This document shows positions 8,262 through 17,901 of a DNA stretch of 30,836 bases, in pieces. The translations under genes and the position numbers were made by a program. Below the pieces are notes generated by a model, which saw nothing but the letters and a program-made list of their open reading frames with translations, did no database searches and was not told the DNA's origin. The stretch is from a virus (lineage: Duplodnaviria > Caudoviricetes): IMG/VR virus record IMGVR_UViG_3300035135_000145, positions 1-30,836 of that record. The stretch is one strand, 5' to 3'. How positions within the stretch are numbered: the stretch's first letter is position 1; each line of letters begins with the position of its first letter.

Positions 8262-9726
8262 GTTTGTTCTTTAAATTTACTTTGATGATCTCATAATTAA
8301 AGTTCTCTTCGTTATAAATTTTTATTCTCTCGATAAGATGATTCAGAGTATAATTCTTTTTCACCTTAGATGAACAGTCATCAGCGATATCATATAGGGT
8401 TGCTTTAAATTTGTTAGCCCCTTTCCTCAAAACCCTACCAATGCTTTGGAGGTTTCTAATTCGTGATTTTGAAGGCGATGCGAAGATTACATTATGTAGA
8501 TTTTTGATATTAATTCCAGTGCTAAATGTGCCGTAAGATGCAACAATGATTGCACTGTCTTGTGTTTCTGTTATGGAGCGAGCGAGTTCTCTATTCTCAA
8601 CATCTACACCGCCGTGAATAAAGAATACTTTTCGGTGTTCATCGACCGAACTATTTATCATTTCATATAATACCTTTCCATGGTCTTCTACTCTTGAGAA
8701 CAAGACTAGAGTGTTTCCTTTTAGATCAACTGCGAGGTTCCTAATAAATTTGTTTCTCTGCTCGTGTCCGATGAGGTATTGAATTTCCTCCTCATATTGC
8801 GAAAATGGTTTTTTATCGTGCATTAACAACAAAATTTTTGCATTTAATGTTGCTAAGTATCCTTTTTCCATTAATTCATCCGTTCGGATGATCTTATATG
8901 ACGGTCCAAAGAGACCTTCTAGCACTAACTTATGAGTTTGCGTACCATCTAGCGTTCCAGTAAACCCATACCTATACTTGGCATGATGTAGTTTTGTCAT
9001 GATTCCTACGAGAGATTTAGACTTGAACTGGTGTGCCTCGTCTCCGATTACACAGTCGAACCTCTCGAAATATTTCTTCTCTAATTTATAGATAGATTGC
9101 CAAGTTGTGATAACTACTGGTGCCTTTGCATCTCGCTCTCTACCAGCATATACCTTATGACAGTATGACTCAACATCCCATCCATAATCTGCGAAGTCCT
9201 TATACATCTGCTCTACCAGAGATGTCGTTGGAACAACTACAAGAATACTTTTCTTATGCTCTGCAAAGTACCTCACGATTGAGTAAATCATCAAAGATTT
9301 GCCAGAGGCTGTTGGGCTTATCAATAGTCTTCTATTGTGTCTCAGAGCATCGTATACACCCTCAATCTGATAATCTCTAGGAGCATGTCTAGAAATAGAT
9401 GTCATATAATCTTTGACACCCTCCATAGAGATCATGTCATTAGACTCGAATGGTAGACCATAAAACTTATTGTTCTCGAATGTATATTCGTAATTGTATC
9501 TCTTACAAAAAGAGACTACTTTATCTAAGAGACCGACATAGATCTCACCAGTCTGCATATTGAAAAGGCGAATTTTTCCATCCCAGTATTTTTTTCTATA
9601 CTGAGGCATAAATTTCGCACCCTCAACATCGAATGTAAATTGATCTGACAACTCATGGTAAACATGAGGGTCTGCTTCAATCTTGAGAAATACTTCGTTC
9701 TTCTTAGAAATTACGATTTTACTCAT
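8254..9726 (-). CDS. uvsW: RNA-DNA/DNA-DNA helicase UvsW (SF2)
   Basis: PRDYQ, SPTASGKS, DEAH, TGT, QSIGRVLR. Confidence 0.97.
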   Translation of the reverse strand: MSKIVISKKNEVFLKIEADPHVYHELSDQFTFDVEGAKFMPQYRKKYWDGKIRLFNMQTGEIYVGLLDKVVSFCKRYNYEYTFENNKFYGLPFESNDMISMEGVKDYMTSISRHAPRDYQIEGVYDALRHNRRLLISPTASGKSLMIYSIVRYFAEHKKSILVVVPTTSLVEQMYKDFADYGWDVESYCHKVYAGRERDAKAPVVITTWQSIYKLEKKYFERFDCVIGDEAHQFKSKSLVGIMTKLHHAKYRYGFTGTLDGTQTHKLVLEGLFGPSYKIIRTDELMEKGYLATLNAKILLLMHDKKPFSQYEEEIQYLIGHEQRNKFIRNLAVDLKGNTLVLFSRVEDHGKVLYEMINSSVDEHRKVFFIHGGVDVENRELARSITETQDSAIIVASYGTFSTGINIKNLHNVIFASPSKSRIRNLQSIGRVLRKGANKFKATLYDIADDCSSKVKKNYTLNHLIERIKIYNEENFNYEIIKVNLKNKHE

Positions 9727-10391
9727 TCAATAAACCCTTCTTCTTCCAGATACTTACGAGTCAGGGGAGTTGGGTCAAAAACTTCCCACATAGCACCAGT
9801 TGCACATGCTTCGAGTGCTGTCTGAGTCATACCTTCAGTACGACCTGCCCATGCTGCTTCTGCCTCCCAAGGGACCGCATGTTTAGGATATGTACGCTCA
9901 GCCATCACACGCCAAATCATAGGCACATCCTCTTCAGGTTTGATGATTGCAATCAGATTATTCTTAATAGAACCTGCCATACAATCTTGTGCAGCGTGCC
10001 ATCCTTCATGACGCATGACATACATGAGCGTGCTAGGTTCGCCCATATGGTCTTTGTTCAAATAAAAGTTATTGCTAACAGTATGGTATACACCACGATG
10101 TCCAATAGGGAAATAACGCTGGTCTGCAATAAAGACCTTGACACCAATTTGATTCAGTGTCATCAACATCTTATTGAACTCTAATGCATTAGAAGTAAAC
10201 TCTTCAGTATTGGAATACTTGGAAGAAATATCCAACATTGAATGGACTTCCTCCACATCCTTGGTACACTCACGCACCAGCATACAACCCATGGCATCCA
10301 TGCTGTTGTATCCTTTGGTAATCTTATCTTCACCCGCTAATGCAGCGAGGGGTGACAGCGCCATCAGTGCGGCGAGAAATAATTTTTTCAT
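9723..10391 (-). CDS. Putative exported zincin-type (HExxH) protein
   Basis: Start re-called at ATG 10391, just after the uvsY stop. Signal-like MKKLFLAALMALSPLAALA, then RHEGWHAAQDC and downstream WEAEA. Confidence 0.75.
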   Translation of the reverse strand: MKKLFLAALMALSPLAALAGEDKITKGYNSMDAMGCMLVRECTKDVEEVHSMLDISSKYSNTEEFTSNALEFNKMLMTLNQIGVKVFIADQRYFPIGHRGVYHTVSNNFYLNKDHMGEPSTLMYVMRHEGWHAAQDCMAGSIKNNLIAIIKPEEDVPMIWRVMAERTYPKHAVPWEAEAAWAGRTEGMTQTALEACATGAMWEVFDPTPLTRKYLEEEGFIE

Positions 10392-10393
10392 GA

Positions 10394-10825
10394 TTAACCT
10401 GCAACTCTTTGCCAATTGTTCCAATCAATAATATTTTTGAGCATGAAACTCCTATTATTGATCTGTTTAATAATATCTTCCAAGTAACTAAGCATTACAT
10501 TGTAATACTTAATTTTGAGATCGATAGTCTGAATCCTTTCATCCGCTGCCATATGGCGTTGAATGGCATCTTTTTCTCTTACCTTATATGGGAAAGGTTC
10601 TTCTTCGTAAACTTCTGCAGATGCTTTGCCAGTATAGTAATTGTATCTGTCCAGTCTAACTTTAGATTCTTGTGCGACAGCTTTTTCTTTTAGAAGTCTT
10701 ATCGAGTTGTAGATGTCGTAATACTTAGCATGTAACGACGGAATCTTTGCAGATTCATCGTGTATATTAAATTTGTCAATCTGTGAGTCTTTCTCCCACA
10801 TACTTTGTATAGTTTCTAAGTTCAT
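10394..10825 (-). CDS. uvsY: Recombination mediator UvsY
   Basis: WEKDSQID...ESAKIPSLHAKY...YYTGKA...IKQINNRSFMLKNIIDW. Position between g3 and uvsW. Confidence 0.92.
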   Translation of the reverse strand: MNLETIQSMWEKDSQIDKFNIHDESAKIPSLHAKYYDIYNSIRLLKEKAVAQESKVRLDRYNYYTGKASAEVYEEEPFPYKVREKDAIQRHMAADERIQTIDLKIKYYNVMLSYLEDIIKQINNRSFMLKNIIDWNNWQRVAG

Positions 10826-11370
10826 TACAATAGGTTAAATTGAGTATCAAAGATCTCATACAGCAAATACTTAAAAGTTACTGTTGCTGTAAAGTATGTA
10901 TAATCGTTTTCTGAGGCAGTAAATTCAAGAGCACTCAGTGACACTGGGAACATGTCAGTAAATCTGACATAGATTGTTGGGTTATAATTGCTGTTCAGGA
11001 TAGCGAGCGTTCCGTCGCTAAACTGCTTCATGTTGTCAACATCACCTCTATCGTTCACAAAGTCTTTGAACTGCTGCACAGACTTAGGATAACCAATACC
11101 GTAGATCCAATTGTGAATCTCCATATAGTTTTCCATATTCTCATCCACCAAGAATGATAGAGTGAGATCTTCATATTGAATGGTATCTCCTGGGATGGGA
11201 ACCTCTTTCAGGTAGTTACCTACACCAATAGATCCCAGTTGAATGCCAGGAATTTTTGCACTACTGGAAAAGAAATCTACCTTTGGTGTCTTTGCTAGGT
11301 TAAACTTAAAACCAGTAGGAGACAGGTAGTTCCTATTTGAAATTTGTTTTGAGTAAAAGCTATTGGTCAT
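10825..11370 (-). CDS. gp3: Tail completion / sheath stabiliser gp3
   Basis: NYLSPTGFKF, IPGIQLG, PGDTIQYEDLTLSFLVDENMENY, FPVSLS. Confidence 0.92.
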   Translation of the reverse strand: MTNSFYSKQISNRNYLSPTGFKFNLAKTPKVDFFSSSAKIPGIQLGSIGVGNYLKEVPIPGDTIQYEDLTLSFLVDENMENYMEIHNWIYGIGYPKSVQQFKDFVNDRGDVDNMKQFSDGTLAILNSNYNPTIYVRFTDMFPVSLSALEFTASENDYTYFTATVTFKYLLYEIFDTQFNLL

Positions 11371-11513
11371 GAATTCCTCTCATCTAACCCCAGTTCTCTA
11401 AGGTAGTCTCTCCACCATTGTGGATCTTTCTGTCTTTTCCAGTTTGGAACATCTAGACCTCTTTCAGAATAATACTCCAAAAGAGCATCATCTATAGTCT
11501 GTGCGATTTCCAT
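11367..11513 (-). CDS. Small hypothetical protein, 48 aa
   Basis: Start re-called at MEIAQTIDD with GAGGAG immediately upstream. ATGA overlap with gp3. Confidence 0.6.
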   Translation of the reverse strand: MEIAQTIDDALLEYYSERGLDVPNWKRQKDPQWWRDYLRELGLDERNS

Positions 11514-11697
11514 ACTCCTCTTCCTCTGCATCAACATCCTCATATGGGTTTGCCACAAAGGGTCCTCGTGTTCGTAGAGGTTCTTTTCTGACATAATCCG
11601 ATTCAGCATTGACAGCTTCTATCCAAACTGCGAGTTTCATCACAATAAAGATAATAATCAGTGGTGTAAAGCAACCAACTAGGATTACTGGATTCAT
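11488..11697 (-). CDS. Small membrane protein, 69 aa
   Basis: Start re-called at MNPVILVGCFTPLIIIFIVMKLAVW (one hydrophobic segment), downstream of late promoter CTAAATA. Confidence 0.7.
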   Translation of the reverse strand: MNPVILVGCFTPLIIIFIVMKLAVWIEAVNAESDYVRKEPLRTRGPFVANPYEDVDAEEEEYGNRTDYR

Positions 11698-11722
11698 TGT
11701 CCTAGGGACAGTGGTATAAACA

Positions 11723-11729
11723 TATTTAG
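11723..11729 (-). promoter_or_regulatory. Late promoter CTAAATA
   Basis: Directly after the g23 terminator and about 25 nt before the next ATG. Confidence 0.65.
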
Positions 11730-11731
11730 AC

Positions 11732-11757
11732 AAAAAAAGAGACCCTTGCGGGTCTCT
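11732..11757 (-). terminator. Rho-independent terminator after g23
   Basis: AGAGACCC-GCAA-GGGTCTCT stem with a GNRA loop, followed by a T run. Confidence 0.9.
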
Positions 11758-11780
11758 CTGAGAAATATGTGTCCTTTGGA

Positions 11781-13223
11781 TCACATGAGGTTTTGAACAA
11801 CCGTTCTCTGGTAGTAGCGGTTGGTGTTGGGGAAGATACGACCCATGCCCTGGTTGGTGCCTTCTGCGAAGGGGTTGGCGATAAGACCATAGCGGGTCTT
11901 GAAGCCAATCTTGGGCTGGAAGCTGTTCTCGCCAACGGCACGAACCATTTGCAGAGGAACATAGGGGCAGTAGAAGAGACCAGCGTCATAGGGGCTGGTG
12001 CCCTTGTAACCGACAACATAGTACTGGTTAGCAGCACTGTTGGCAGAGAAGGGATCGATGTAGACTCTGTACTTACCGTTGATAGTACCAGCGAAGGTAT
12101 TACCAGTGTCGTCAACCTGCAGGTTAGCGTTAAGGGCGGGGGTGTAATCGAGTACACCAGCCATGGTCAGAGCGGAAGCAACATCAGCAGAAGTCAGGAT
12201 GATGTTACCCTTCCCTCTACGAGTTCTTTGGGCGATGCGGTTTGCATCTCTCTCGATGTTGAACAGGAGACCCTTGAACTTCTCAACAGACCAGCGACCG
12301 TTGGAGTCAACATCCAGGTTGAAGAAACCAGCGTTGGCAACATTGACCTGCGAACCAGCTTCAGCAACCTTATAGATGGTTCTGATGACTTCGCGGTTGA
12401 TCTCAGCGAGGATCTCGCTGGAGAGGATGTTTGCCAGTTCGGCTTCAGCGTTCAGACCGTGGATTGCCTTAAGGTCTTGTGCCAGTTCCAAGGAGTACTC
12501 AGCTTTCAGAGCACGGGACTTGGCGGTAACGGTGACCTTCTCGATCGAGAATGCCATTTCGTTGAAATCGCCATTGGTGCCGTCGCCCAGGGCTTCGGAG
12601 TCACCAGTCGCCATACCTTGACCAGTGGTGTACTGGCTGTTGTTACCCAGAGCAGCGCCAGAAGCGTTGAGGATCTGGGGGTTGTCGCCCAGTTGGGTGC
12701 CAGTCGAACCGAAACCAACGGTGCCGCCAGCGCCAACCTGACCGCTGTAGTTACCTTGAGTCTCCTGACCCAGGGTGTTACCAGCAGAGAAGGCGGAATC
12801 GGGCTCGTTGAAGAATGCCTCGGTGCCAGACTGATCGGTGTAGCGGGAGCGCATTGCGAAGATCAGTCCAGTAGGACCGTTCATAGGCTGAACGCCAGCC
12901 AGCTCATAAGCGACCAGGTTAGGCATGGAGCGTCTGATCAGGGAGATCAGAACGGGATCGAAACCAGCAACAGGACCAGTGTCAGTTGCGCTACCTGTGA
13001 AACCGTCGGAAGCGCCAACAGCGTTACCAGAGTTGGTAGGTGCCTCAGTCAGCATACCGCTGCCACTCTCGAAGGCAGCTTGCTCACGGAGGAAACGCTC
13101 TTGGTTCTCAAGGAGAACGGCGGTTACAGATCTACGGTGGGCGTCTTTGATGGCACCTGCGCCATCAGCGTCGAGCAGAGGAGCCCACTTCTCCATCAAG
13201 TGCTCAGAATTAAACATTGACAT
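11781..13223 (-). CDS. gp23: Major capsid protein gp23
   Basis: KWAPLL, FDPVLISLIRR, GVQPMNGPTGLIFAMR, KSRALKAEYSLELAQDLKAIHGL, FQPKIGFKTRYG. Confidence 0.99.
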   Translation of the reverse strand: MSMFNSEHLMEKWAPLLDADGAGAIKDAHRRSVTAVLLENQERFLREQAAFESGSGMLTEAPTNSGNAVGASDGFTGSATDTGPVAGFDPVLISLIRRSMPNLVAYELAGVQPMNGPTGLIFAMRSRYTDQSGTEAFFNEPDSAFSAGNTLGQETQGNYSGQVGAGGTVGFGSTGTQLGDNPQILNASGAALGNNSQYTTGQGMATGDSEALGDGTNGDFNEMAFSIEKVTVTAKSRALKAEYSLELAQDLKAIHGLNAEAELANILSSEILAEINREVIRTIYKVAEAGSQVNVANAGFFNLDVDSNGRWSVEKFKGLLFNIERDANRIAQRTRRGKGNIILTSADVASALTMAGVLDYTPALNANLQVDDTGNTFAGTINGKYRVYIDPFSANSAANQYYVVGYKGTSPYDAGLFYCPYVPLQMVRAVGENSFQPKIGFKTRYGLIANPFAEGTNQGMGRIFPNTNRYYQRTVVQNLM

Positions 13224-13261
13224 TTTCTTTTAATACCTCTTAGGGAATTTAGTGTTTGGGA

Positions 13262-14329
13262 TTAATTAGCCTTACCAAGGGCTCTCAGGTACGATGCCAT
13301 CGAGTTAGAAACATCGACGGTCTCATCGCTGACACCTTCGGAAAGGGTTTCAGCTTTATTAGAAGTTTGAGCTGCTTTGCCACTGGGGAAATAAGATTCT
13401 CTCAGTGTAACCAGCTTCTCACGGTATGCGTCTTCACCCTCAAACTCGACTCCCTCAGCGAGAGAATGTAACTTTTCCTTTTGGGTTGTAGCAAGACCCT
13501 CGGCGATTTCATGGAAAATACCATCTGCTGTAGATTCGCCAAGACGCTTGTTCAGGGAAATGTTCTTCTCGATTTGTTCGTTAAGTCTGCCTTCCATTTC
13601 ATCAAGTTTGGAGACCATGCTCTCCAGGACATCATATTTCTCATCAGGGATGTGTACATAATGATCTTCAAAAAGACTCTTCATGCCAGACAGGAAGCTT
13701 TGAGTCATTTCGGTCTTCAGACCATGCTCAACTTCCAGGGCATTTTCTTTAAGCCACTCGTCGGAGACATACTCAAGGTATGCATCGACTCGTTCTACGA
13801 GTTCGGTCTTAACACCTTCAAGATGCTCAGACAGAGTAGCCTCGTATTCTTTTGCCATCTCTTCTTGGACTTCGTTTACCTTAGCGGTAACGGCAGCCTC
13901 GAAAATGGTCTTTGCTTTTTCTTGGAACTGTTCGGAGAGTTCTTCGCCGCCGAAGAGAGCAGCAAGATCCTCTTCAATGTTAAGGGTAGGTTCTTCGGTA
14001 GTCTCTTCGACTTCCTGCTCAGCAACAACTTCCTGAGTCTCTTCGACTTCAGGCTCGTCGCCTTGCTTAAGAACTTCTGTGCCAATTGACTGCATCGCAT
14101 CCGCGGCTTTTGCGCCACGATTTACGATATCTTTTACGGTTTTAACAGCGGCAGGCTTCAGCTTGGCAGAATCGTTATCAGGCTTGTAGTTCTCGGGGGT
14201 AGGACCACCCAGATCTTCTACTGCAGCCAGACCAGTTGCGGTAGGTTCCGACAACTTAGGCATCGATTCAGCAGCCTTCGCACCCCTGGTGACAGGATTT
14301 TCCATCTCTTGTAATTCCTTAGCGGACAT
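13262..14329 (-). CDS. gp22: Prohead core scaffold protein gp22
   Basis: DLGGPTPENYKPD, FQEKAKTIFEAAV, YLEYVSDEW, LRESYF; acidic coiled coil. Confidence 0.95.
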   Translation of the reverse strand: MSAKELQEMENPVTRGAKAAESMPKLSEPTATGLAAVEDLGGPTPENYKPDNDSAKLKPAAVKTVKDIVNRGAKAADAMQSIGTEVLKQGDEPEVEETQEVVAEQEVEETTEEPTLNIEEDLAALFGGEELSEQFQEKAKTIFEAAVTAKVNEVQEEMAKEYEATLSEHLEGVKTELVERVDAYLEYVSDEWLKENALEVEHGLKTEMTQSFLSGMKSLFEDHYVHIPDEKYDVLESMVSKLDEMEGRLNEQIEKNISLNKRLGESTADGIFHEIAEGLATTQKEKLHSLAEGVEFEGEDAYREKLVTLRESYFPSGKAAQTSNKAETLSEGVSDETVDVSNSMASYLRALGKAN

Positions 14330-14373
14330 CTGAACTTTCTCCGATTAAGTAGATCGTTGGTATAATCTATATT

Positions 14374-14381
14374 TATTTATA
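14374..14381 (-). promoter_or_regulatory. Late promoter TATAAATA upstream of g22
   Basis: Exact T4 late consensus in the intergenic gap. Confidence 0.8.
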
Positions 14382-14383
14382 AA

Positions 14384-15034
14384 TTAGAGATTTGATAAGA
14401 ACTGCTGGAACAGGTCCAACTTGCGCTCATCTAATCTTTTTGCGTCAACGAGAGTATTGACCTGCTTATAGGTCTTCTCAGCGAGACGCTCTCTCATAAC
14501 TCCACCGTCCCATACCCAGTCTTTTCCTTCCATAATTCCCTGAACAAATGCGTCAGGTGCGGATGGATCAGCAACGATATCTGCGGCAGTTGCAAGCATA
14601 AAGTCATCGGAAACAATCTTTACGCCTTCGTTATTTACACTCAGTGAACCAAGACCACGGGAAGAAACACCGAGCTTTACGCCCTCATCGATAAGATTTT
14701 GCGCGATCTTACCCATGGGGGTATTAAGGAGTTTTGCCTTACCGATAAAGTTAGAACCATTCTCTCTAAGAGAAGTGATCTTGTGAGAAACTCTATCGAG
14801 GTTTACGGTAGGACCTTCAGGGTGACCAAGTTCACCGAGAGCGCGACCAGATTGTACGAAGTTCTCATTGTATCTGTTGACTTCTCTTCGGAGAGTCTCC
14901 ATAGGATACATGCGTCCATTGCGGTTTTTAATATCTCCCTGCAAGAAGATACCCTCAATGAACATGGACTTCTTACCGTCGCGTTGTTCGACGATAACTT
15001 CAACCTGTTCGATTTCTTCCGTAATTAGTTTCAT
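14384..15034 (-). CDS. gp21: Prohead protease gp21
   Basis: IEGIFLQ, NRNGRMYP, ALGELGHP, GVSSRGLGS, DIVADPSAPDAFV. Confidence 0.97.
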   Translation of the reverse strand: MKLITEEIEQVEVIVEQRDGKKSMFIEGIFLQGDIKNRNGRMYPMETLRREVNRYNENFVQSGRALGELGHPEGPTVNLDRVSHKITSLRENGSNFIGKAKLLNTPMGKIAQNLIDEGVKLGVSSRGLGSLSVNNEGVKIVSDDFMLATAADIVADPSAPDAFVQGIMEGKDWVWDGGVMRERLAEKTYKQVNTLVDAKRLDERKLDLFQQFLSNL

Positions 15035-15039
15035 TTTCC

Positions 15040-15306
15040 TTAGTTAGTAAATCCGACTTTGGCAACTCTAAGTGCGCCCGTGGTGCAATAGATAAGATCA
15101 GAAGCTTTCTTCTCTACTAACTCCGATGTGTTATTGAGTAGAGTAACAGAACCAATTCCTGTATAGGAAGAATCCTGAACATATAAAACAGAACTACTGC
15201 CAGATGTATTTAAGACTCTGACCAATGTTGCTTTGTCTACAGTAGTGCTATTAGCAGCACCAACTGCAAGCGCAGCCTCATTTCCCAAAATTAAAAGGTT
15301 TGCCAT
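15040..15306 (-). CDS. Hypothetical virion-associated protein, 88 aa
   Basis: In the head operon between g20 and g21; beta-rich sequence. Confidence 0.75.
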   Translation of the reverse strand: MANLLILGNEAALAVGAANSTTVDKATLVRVLNTSGSSSVLYVQDSSYTGIGSVTLLNNTSELVEKKASDLIYCTTGALRVAKVGFTN

Positions 15307-15506
15307 TAGTCTTCATCTGTGGTAGGTTCTACTTCAGCTTCAACTTCGGTCTCAGTTTCAATCTGATTACCAAAAAGACCAGCTGCAGCAGCAGGTCTCA
15401 GTGAATCAATTCGTGCAGCAGATTTGCTGAACAAAATGTCTTTAATTTGATCGCTAATATCAGATGCTGACGCATCTGTAGCAATCATATTTACGAGCTC
15501 TTCCAT
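15306..15506 (-). CDS. Small acidic protein at the prohead core (gp67/gp68) position
   Basis: Start re-called at ATG 15506 (MEELVNMI), downstream of late promoter TATAAATA. The function call rests on synteny only. Confidence 0.7.
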   Translation of the reverse strand: MEELVNMIATDASASDISDQIKDILFSKSAARIDSLRPAAAAGLFGNQIETETEVEAEVEPTTDED

Positions 15507-15528
15507 AATAACCAAGCACTGATAAGAT

Positions 15529-15536
15529 TATTTATA
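15529..15536 (-). promoter_or_regulatory. Late promoter TATAAATA overlapping the g20 stop
   Basis: Exact T4 late consensus. Confidence 0.75.
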
Positions 15537-17214
15537 TCTCTCCCTCGTTAGCACCTGGTTCTTTAGGCGCATTTTGCGGATTAGGTGCTTGTCCTGGTGG
15601 CAATGCTGCGGGATCTTCGCCCTGCTGCATCATCATAGGATCCATTGCTGCACCTTGCTCCAGCTCTAGCATTTGCTGGTTTGGATCGGGTAGAACACCA
15701 GTTTGAATTTCCGCTTCGATCTGCTGATCAATCTCAACAATTTCTTGATCTCTCTGGCGCAGAATCTGTCTCCGCACATACTCCGTAGAATAGTAACGAC
15801 CAACATATGGTTCGATCATTCCGAGCAGTTGGAGACGACCCTCCATCAGTTCTTTATCTTTCAGTTCTGCAAAATGATTGTCATAGATAAAGTCAAACTG
15901 AATATGCTCTGACATGATCTCCCAATCTTCGGGAGTAACAATGTTCTTGAGCAGAAGTTGAGTCTTGAGGAGATCTAAGAACAGAGCACTAAATCTCTTG
16001 CGAAGACGACCAACGAACTTAGCAAACTTCAGTTCATCACGAGTAATTTCGCTAGAACGACCAAGATTAAACCCATCACCAGAACCAGCGATTCTAGATT
16101 CAGGAACAGCAAGTGCTCTATAAAGTTTGCCTTGGAAGTATTCAATATCAGAGAGTTCACCAAGGTTTTGACCACCAGGCAGGGTAGTGATTTCTGTTCC
16201 GCGACCACCTTCACGACGAGGTAACCAGAAGTCTTCCAACATGGACATGTACTTCTTATCGTCACGCATCTCACCAGTGTTAGAATCATACACCAGTTTA
16301 TTGCGATAGCGAGACATTACATCGCGCAAGTATTGTTCTGCTTTAATCTTAGGCAGATTACCGACATCAATGTAAAAAATTCTACGCTCAGGTGCGCGTG
16401 ATAATCTATAGATGACCAGAGAATCCTCAATCATTCTAAGTTGATTGAGTGCCTTAATTGCCTTCTGCAGATAGGAAAGAACGGTTCCTTTATTCCTATC
16501 TACTAAACCAGAAGTGCAGTATGCAATAGACTCTCTAGAGAACTTAACACCTTTCATTGCCTGACTAGTGCCAGGTTGTCCAATATTTACAGGATATTTG
16601 GGACTTGGTGTATACAGAAAATACTCTTCGATTTCTGGGAAATATACTTTGTCAGTCTCGTGGACATTTGCAGTATTGAAGATGTTACCCTTATCGTCTT
16701 TCTTTTTCTCTTTGCGTATATAACGCATTTTAACGGGATCAATATACCTCAGTTCCTGAATACCATCTGCGGGATTCTTAATGTCAATAACTTTGTTGTA
16801 GTATAATCTACCGTCTACATACCAGTTCTTAAAGATTTCGTGAGCTTTAGTGTCAAAGTCTAAAAGATCTTTGATGTGCTTAAACTCATCTCTGATAATA
16901 TTTTTAATACCATCAGATGCTCTAAGATTCTCAAGGTCAATCTCTACAGGAGAATCGTTAGTATCTGATACAATTGCCTCGTTTACAATATCTTCTACCG
17001 CATTGTCCACCTCTGGGTGGAGTGCCATCTCTCTATATTTTTTAATCGCCTGGTGCTCAGTCTTATAGATCCCTTCTAGATCGAGAACCTGACTAGAAAA
17101 CCCGCTAGAAACATAATAATCAACCCCGTCCTCTCCTGTTTGAGGGACGGGGGATACCACACCTTTCGGTGTATCATCATTATCTTCAATTGAGAAACCA
17201 AAAAGACGAGCCAT
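15532..17214 (-). CDS. gp20: Portal vertex protein gp20
   Basis: WYVDGRL, IYRLSRAPERRIFYIDVGNLPK, EDFWLPRREGGRGTEITTLPGG. Confidence 0.99.
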   Translation of the reverse strand: MARLFGFSIEDNDDTPKGVVSPVPQTGEDGVDYYVSSGFSSQVLDLEGIYKTEHQAIKKYREMALHPEVDNAVEDIVNEAIVSDTNDSPVEIDLENLRASDGIKNIIRDEFKHIKDLLDFDTKAHEIFKNWYVDGRLYYNKVIDIKNPADGIQELRYIDPVKMRYIRKEKKKDDKGNIFNTANVHETDKVYFPEIEEYFLYTPSPKYPVNIGQPGTSQAMKGVKFSRESIAYCTSGLVDRNKGTVLSYLQKAIKALNQLRMIEDSLVIYRLSRAPERRIFYIDVGNLPKIKAEQYLRDVMSRYRNKLVYDSNTGEMRDDKKYMSMLEDFWLPRREGGRGTEITTLPGGQNLGELSDIEYFQGKLYRALAVPESRIAGSGDGFNLGRSSEITRDELKFAKFVGRLRKRFSALFLDLLKTQLLLKNIVTPEDWEIMSEHIQFDFIYDNHFAELKDKELMEGRLQLLGMIEPYVGRYYSTEYVRRQILRQRDQEIVEIDQQIEAEIQTGVLPDPNQQMLELEQGAAMDPMMMQQGEDPAALPPGQAPNPQNAPKEPGANEGEI

Positions 17215-17242
17215 TATTATGGATGAGTACCTGATATGATAC

Positions 17243-17249
17243 TATTTAT
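17243..17249 (-). promoter_or_regulatory. Late promoter ATAAATA upstream of g20
   Basis: Motif in the g19-g20 gap. Confidence 0.7.
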
Positions 17250-17869
17250 CAGGATACCGCACCACCGTTTCCGTCAGCTTCCCACCACTGGACCTGCAGG
17301 GTTACAGTGAATTCCTCAACAGCATCGCTCTGATCGTAAGAAAGATCGATCTGAGAAACATTTGTTGGGAATACGCTGTAGAACTTGTAAGTTCTCAGGA
17401 TAGGAAGATTTTGGTCAGATGACTGCGAACCAGCAGCAACAGGTGCTCTGCCTAATTGATAGACATATGCATCTCTGGTATAATCTTCTGGGTTAACATT
17501 ACCAGCGTTGTCAGAGACTTTCGACATGCTGTTCATCCATCTCTCGAAGGAAGAACGGATAGCAAAGTCGGTGTCATTGATAACGGTAATGGTCCACTCG
17601 TCGAAGGTTCTATCGCCAGCAATTTTAAGTTGGCGACCTCTGAAAGGAACCGTGATGGGGGCAATGTTAGATGCAGGAAGTGCAGCTGCCTTGACCAGGA
17701 ATCTGGACTTAGCATCGATGTCACTTACATCAGAATCTACTACACCATCGGGGAACGCCAAGACCACCTCAAAGAGGTTAGGTCTTGCGATACCACCTGT
17801 CAGTCTGGACTTAAACTGATCAATAGTCCTGTCAGCTGTTCTTGGGGGATTTTGGTTGTTAATTGCCAT
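17249..17869 (-). CDS. gp19: Tail tube protein gp19
   Basis: GGIARPNLFEV, KAAALPAS, FRGRQLKIAGDRTF, FPTNVSQIDL. Confidence 0.97.
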   Translation of the reverse strand: MAINNQNPPRTADRTIDQFKSRLTGGIARPNLFEVVLAFPDGVVDSDVSDIDAKSRFLVKAAALPASNIAPITVPFRGRQLKIAGDRTFDEWTITVINDTDFAIRSSFERWMNSMSKVSDNAGNVNPEDYTRDAYVYQLGRAPVAAGSQSSDQNLPILRTYKFYSVFPTNVSQIDLSYDQSDAVEEFTVTLQVQWWEADGNGGAVS

Positions 17870-17901
17870 TGGTCTTTTTCCTCTATTTTATCTGGGTTAG
17901 A

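Noticed and set aside
11769-13220. 483-aa plus-strand ORF antisense to g23
   Set aside because: In exact codon register with g23 and explained by avoidance of TTA/CTA/TCA. No recognisable motifs or expression signals.
17884-17891. Late promoter upstream of g19
   Set aside because: Reads ATAAAATA, not the TAAATA core; not supported.
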